A DNA stretch of 63,925 nucleotides, the filler included, from Ministeria vibrans ATCC 50519 (lineage: Eukaryota; Protista; Filasterea): NCBI GenBank assembly GCA_943704425.1. It is 12 parts of 12 records of this genome, joined end to end, with 100 filler letters (N's around TTAATTAATTAA, not from the genome) between each part and the next. Parts side by side here need not be neighbours in the genome. Positions count along the whole stretch, not along the records: positions 59,788 to 62,659 come from CALSCP010001480.1; positions 62,760 to 63,925 come from CALSCP010001826.1; 10 more parts are not named here. One strand, 5' to 3'. Below, piece by piece: positions 59,688 to 63,925 of the stretch; the first letter of the stretch is position 1; every line of letters begins with the position of its first letter. The notes under the pieces are model-generated. The model ran no database searches. It had not been told where the DNA came from and saw only the letters and a list, made by a program, of their open reading frames with translations. The position numbers were made by a program, and so were the translations under genes.

Positions 59688-59787
59688 NNNNNNNNNNNNN
59701 NNNNNNNNNNNNNNNNNNNNNNNNNNNNNNNTTAATTAATTAANNNNNNNNNNNNNNNNNNNNNNNNNNNNNNNNNNNNNNNNNNNN

Positions 59788-59868
<81 letters not shown>

Positions 59869-59980
59869 TGCATGCATGTATATACATGTATGTATGTATG
59901 TATGTATTTGTGGGTGTGTGCGTGACTCATTCACTCACCGACTGTCTGTCACCATTTCTCTTTTACTTCCCTGTCTCCAG

Positions 59981-61381
59981 CCCTTCCGTGCACGAGCGGC
60001 GCCCATCGTCTCGACTCTATTGGTGTGCTTGCGTCCGATGTGTGTGGGGAACTCTGTAGCTCAGGCGAAGAGCGCGTATTCCAATGGGCTCAGTGGCTCG
60101 CGTAGGACAGCACAGAGATACACCGAGTGAATACTTATATTATTGGGGGTTTTTATAGTGGACTTGAAAGTGTTTCAGCGACGAGTGAACAGTCCGTCGT
60201 TACTGAAGTAGTACAGGTAAAAGACACATTCATGTACAAAGAGAGAGAGAGACATTGCATGTGTAAGATGCGAGAGAGTGAGAGATTGAGAGAGAAGAAG
60301 AAGAAGAAACAAACAATGATAAACGAGGGAGCGAGGAGAAATAACAACGTCATAGAAAGAAAAAGAGAGAGAGTAGAAATAGCAAAGTGATAGAGGGAAA
60401 AAGAAAGAAAGTAATGAACCATTGGGGGGGATGTTTTTGTGTAGCGTCGTCGATTCCGACAGTGTGTTGAGGCACTGCGGCAGCGAGTGCATTCGCGTGT
60501 GGCACTTCACACACAGTTTACTGCTCTCTCGGCTGTCTCTGGCGTATCTCCAACTACACTTCCCGGAATTCCCTCCGAACTCAGAGACGCACTCTTTCCC
60601 ATTGCAGCCACATCAAAGGTAAACCACACCACACAACCCCAAATTCCAGCCCCAACACTGAAATGAACTCTTTATCTCTTCTCTTGTCAGTTGAGCAACA
60701 TTGAGTGGACCAGTGACGCCCAGACGGGATCCTACCGCTTCTCGGCTACGCTAAGTGCCTCTTCTTCCTCCTCCTCTTCTTCAACACCGTCCAACGTCGC
60801 TCCGTCGCGGCTCACTCTCTCCGCCCTGCTCTCCCCTGACTATCCAGTGTGTCCCGCTCGTTTCTCAATGTCCTTCACTGGAAAATCCTCTCTTGATCAG
60901 ACCGAACTCGATGCAAATCTTGCTGTACGAGGAAACTCCACGGAGCAATCTCACTCACTCACTCGCTCACTCTCTCTCTCTCTCTTAGGCTATTCATCGC
61001 GAAGTGAACATTCACTCACTCAGCGCTATTGGACGCACTTACGACTCTCTCTCGTTTACCTGTCAACTGCGCACTGCTCAAATGTGCTTCGACCTTTTCC
61101 GTGCCAGTGACCAAAAGCCCGCAGAGGCTCTGAGAAAGGGCCACGGTCGTCTCTTTGTCCATTGTGTCAGGTCCGAGCATTCCACACCAACTCACTCAAG
61201 CACACACACACTCACACCAAATATCAACTCACTCAAGCACGCACACATCGTGGGCTAGTCTCTCTTTCGTTCTCTTTCTCTCTCCCTTGTCTGACTTTTC
61301 TGTGTTGCTTATAGTGGTCCTGACCGTTTGCGCCCTTTTGTGTACAACAAAGAGTTGGGCATGTTTGAGCAGCGATCGTGA
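59981..61381 (+). CDS. THOC5: THO complex subunit 5, C-terminal exons
   Basis: FQWAQWLA; LSPDYPVCPARF; NLA|AIHREVN; QLRTAQMCFD; GPDRLRPFVYNKELGMFEQR. Confidence 0.75.
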
Positions 61382-62408
61382 TTGTACAATGAAATAAACC
61401 TCTCTAAATGTCGATGAAAGCTCGTTGGTAGCGTCAGCCTTTCTATTCTCATGTCTTCAGCGCGCATCGAGCACTGTCTATTTACAATTGTCAACAAACC
61501 AACAAAGTGTCGACTTTGGTCGACCAACCTCATAACACCAATCATACTAACTCTACCGATCTCACAATCGCCGTGATCACACAATACGCCACTCTCCATG
61601 GACATCCACGTGACGCTGGGTGCATTAATAAAGCATGGCGCTTGTTTGGGTTGGACGAAAAAAACATAATCATGCTGAGTCAGCGTGAGTAAATTTCCAG
61701 TTTGAAATAAAAGCGCCGATCCAATTGAAAACCCAATCACTTTGATTTCTCCTTATACCAAACTGGATCATTGTGGATGTACACCATGATGGACTGGAAG
61801 GAGATGTCGACGTGGACCAAGTTATTCACGCTTACTTCGCATACTTCGCTTCCTTCGGAAAGAAAAATAAGACTCACGCTTACTTCGTAAACAGTAAGTA
61901 AAGATATAAATTGCTTTGTGTCTGGTGACCTGTCAGCACACTGTTGGGCTCTTGCCGCCCATCTTCACCGCTATCTGACTTGTTTTATCTGTCGTAGTTG
62001 CTTCCTTCGAAACAAACCAACCCGCTCGCACAATCGATCTCCCACAGCGCTCCCGCCGTCTCTCCTTTGTCAGAGCTATGGGAAGGGAGATCAATGGTTG
62101 TGCCAGCACCCCCCCTCCCCCTCTTCTCTTCTATTTCACTACGTTGAGCCTTTATGGCGCTCGAAGTGGGTCGAAGTGATTTGAATAATAATTATTATGA
62201 GTTATTTAATTATGAACCTCAGACTGTCGGACTCCGCTCTAGCGCTCTGCCTTGATTCTTGAACAACTTGATAACTTAAACTAATGAACATCAGTCTGAC
62301 TGATTTGAGGCAATTTGAATGAAGTTGCGTTCAGTTTCAGTTAATTAGTCATAGAAATAAGTGACTAGAATGATCATTTTATTGAATTTATTCATATTAT
62401 TTTCTACC

Positions 62409-62582
62409 ATGCCAGTAAACTGCACTCTCCCCACTCCTCCTGCCTCCCCCACCTTGCTCATCTCTCCCTCCCCCCTCCGTAGGCGTACCATTCGTCCTTC
62501 AACGAAGACGGTCAGCGTTCCATTGGTTCGCTCGCGCTCCTCCCGCTCAACACCCAGTTCAAGGGCCCCGCTCCCCGTGGTG
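62409..62582 (+). CDS. ARPC3: Arp2/3 complex subunit 3, first two exons
   Basis: MP|AYHSSFNEDGQRSIGSLALLPLNTQFKGPAPR; intron 62415-62482. Confidence 0.92.
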
Positions 62583-63268
62583 GTACTCATTACACACTCC
62601 ACTCACACCTCCCCGACTCTCTTTTTTTTTTCGACCTTTTTTTTTTTTTTTTTTTTTTTNNNNNNNNNNNNNNNNNNNNNNNNNNNNNNNNNNNNNNNNN
62701 NNNTTAATTAATTAANNNNNNNNNNNNNNNNNNNNNNNNNNNNNNNNNNNNNNNNNNNNTTTTTTTTCCTATTGTGACGGACAAAAGTTGCTCACCTGCA
62801 TTCGCGCACGACGACATCATATATCCTGCGCACGTCGGGTGTATTCCTACAGAGGGCGTGGCGAGGCGACGTGAGCGACAAAAAAGGGGCGAAAAAGCCT
62901 CCTGAACAAAAGAACTCTGTCAGGAGCGCTTACCCTCGATTGTCGGCAGCCAGCTTCAGCAGGGGTAGGAGCGGATCAACGGCCAGCATCGGATGGTGCA
63001 TCGTGTGTGGCGTGTGACTGTACATTTTCGGCTGATGCGCCGAAATCCAGACGAGCCAAGTCAAGCGACGCCACAGACAAGCGAAGGGCTACAGGACAGG
63101 TGCAAGGGGAAGGGCCGCGTGGACGGGTCGACAAAAAGTAAGTGCGTGAGCAGAGTAATGCAAAGTGACCGAGTCACAAGTGTGTGAGTAAGATTTCAAT
63201 CGCATTCGGACGTGATTCGGTATTCAACAATAGTCAATAATAATTATTATTTCAGTATCTCACAATCT

Positions 63269-63609
63269 ATGGGCTTTGGTCAACTTGTCGTGGGCCCCCC
63301 AGGAAGTGGCAAGTCCACGTACTGCAGAGGAATGTCCGAGTGGCTGAAAAAGTCGGGACGGTAACTGAGAAAACGACTGGTGAGAGTTTGCGAGCGAATG
63401 GGTTTCATTTTTGCAGCACTGTGTCCGTGGTGAACCTTGATCCTGGCAACGACCTTGTGCAGGAGTGTGCTGCCAATGTAATGGACCTGATCACGGTGGC
63501 GGACGTGATGGAGCACCACTCGCTCGGCCCCAACGGCGCTCTTGTCTATTGCATTGACTATCTTGTCGACAACGTTGCCTGGCTCGACGCCAAGCTCGAG
63601 CCGCTCATG
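63269..63609 (+). CDS. GPN2: GPN-loop GTPase 2, first exons
   Basis: [17 protein letters not shown]; VVNLDPGND; [14 protein letters not shown]. Confidence 0.9.
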
Positions 63610-63734
63610 GTACGTAGCCACACACACCCAGCTGTATCTTTCCCCCTCCCCCTTGTTTGCGGTGAGGCTTGTCTCGCAACACGCCGCACTGTTGAGCCCA
63701 CGACTCACTGTTCTCCTTCTTCTGCCACTCTCTT

Positions 63735-63925
63735 CTCTCTATCACTTTCTCTCTCTATCACTTTGCTCACTCTATCATTCTCTCTATCACTTTGTTCTCT
63801 CTATCACTTTGTTCTGTCTATCACTTTGCTCACTCTATCACTTTGTTCTCTCTATCACTTTCTTCTCTCTATCACTTTGCTCACTCTATCACTTTCTTCT
63901 CTCTATCACTTTCTTCTCTCTATCA
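63735..63925. repeat. Minisatellite of ctctatcactttg variants
   Basis: Tandem array of the same family as 59305-59687. Confidence 0.85.

Noticed and set aside
59238-59934. Hydrophobic repeat ORFs (SLYHFVSL..., CVCVCV..., HTHT...)
   Set aside because: Translations of minisatellite and dinucleotide repeats.
61451-61890. Possible glycosyltransferase-like fragment (YATLHGH..., WTKL)
   Set aside because: Too short, frames do not join convincingly, and family assignment is unsupported.

Overview
Eukaryotic genomic DNA with compact genes, short GT-AG introns, and abundant (TTA)n, (CT)n and (CA)n microsatellites. Gene content (KLF, SH3 and Tyr-motif receptor tails, PDK1, MSL1-type PEHE, Roco) suggests a unicellular holozoan such as a choanoflagellate; this is an inference. 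The window is a pseudo-scaffold of 12 contigs joined by artificial N-TTAATTAATTAA-N linkers, so adjacency across linkers is meaningless. Recognisable genes: PSMD1 (5' part), a probable divergent CENP-U, PDPK1, a KLF/Sp factor, a DUF4062-NACHT-TPR (NPHP3-like) protein, an EGF-TM protein, AIDA, a USP, CPSF4, an HSD11B1L-like SDR, an RRM-GYF protein, STMP1, an MSL1-like protein, a Kelch protein, MCMBP, an SNX29-like RUN protein, a Roco protein, CAND1, RFK, THOC5, ARPC3 and GPN2. Three things stand out. (1) A giant predicted type-I membrane receptor (19185-27671) built from about 16 tandem Cu-only SOD-fold domains, only four of which keep the Cu ligands, followed by a TM helix and a cytoplasmic PxxP plus SH3 tail. 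(2) A ~6.6 kb island (39297-45887) bracketed by same-orientation interstitial TTAGGG tracts, holding AT-richer orphan genes with virus-like features, internal direct and inverted repeats, and reverse-transcriptase scraps at its edges. (3) A dispersed repeat family with tandem and inverted terminal duplications reminiscent of Penelope-like retroelements. All family assignments come from manual motif recognition; no searches were run.
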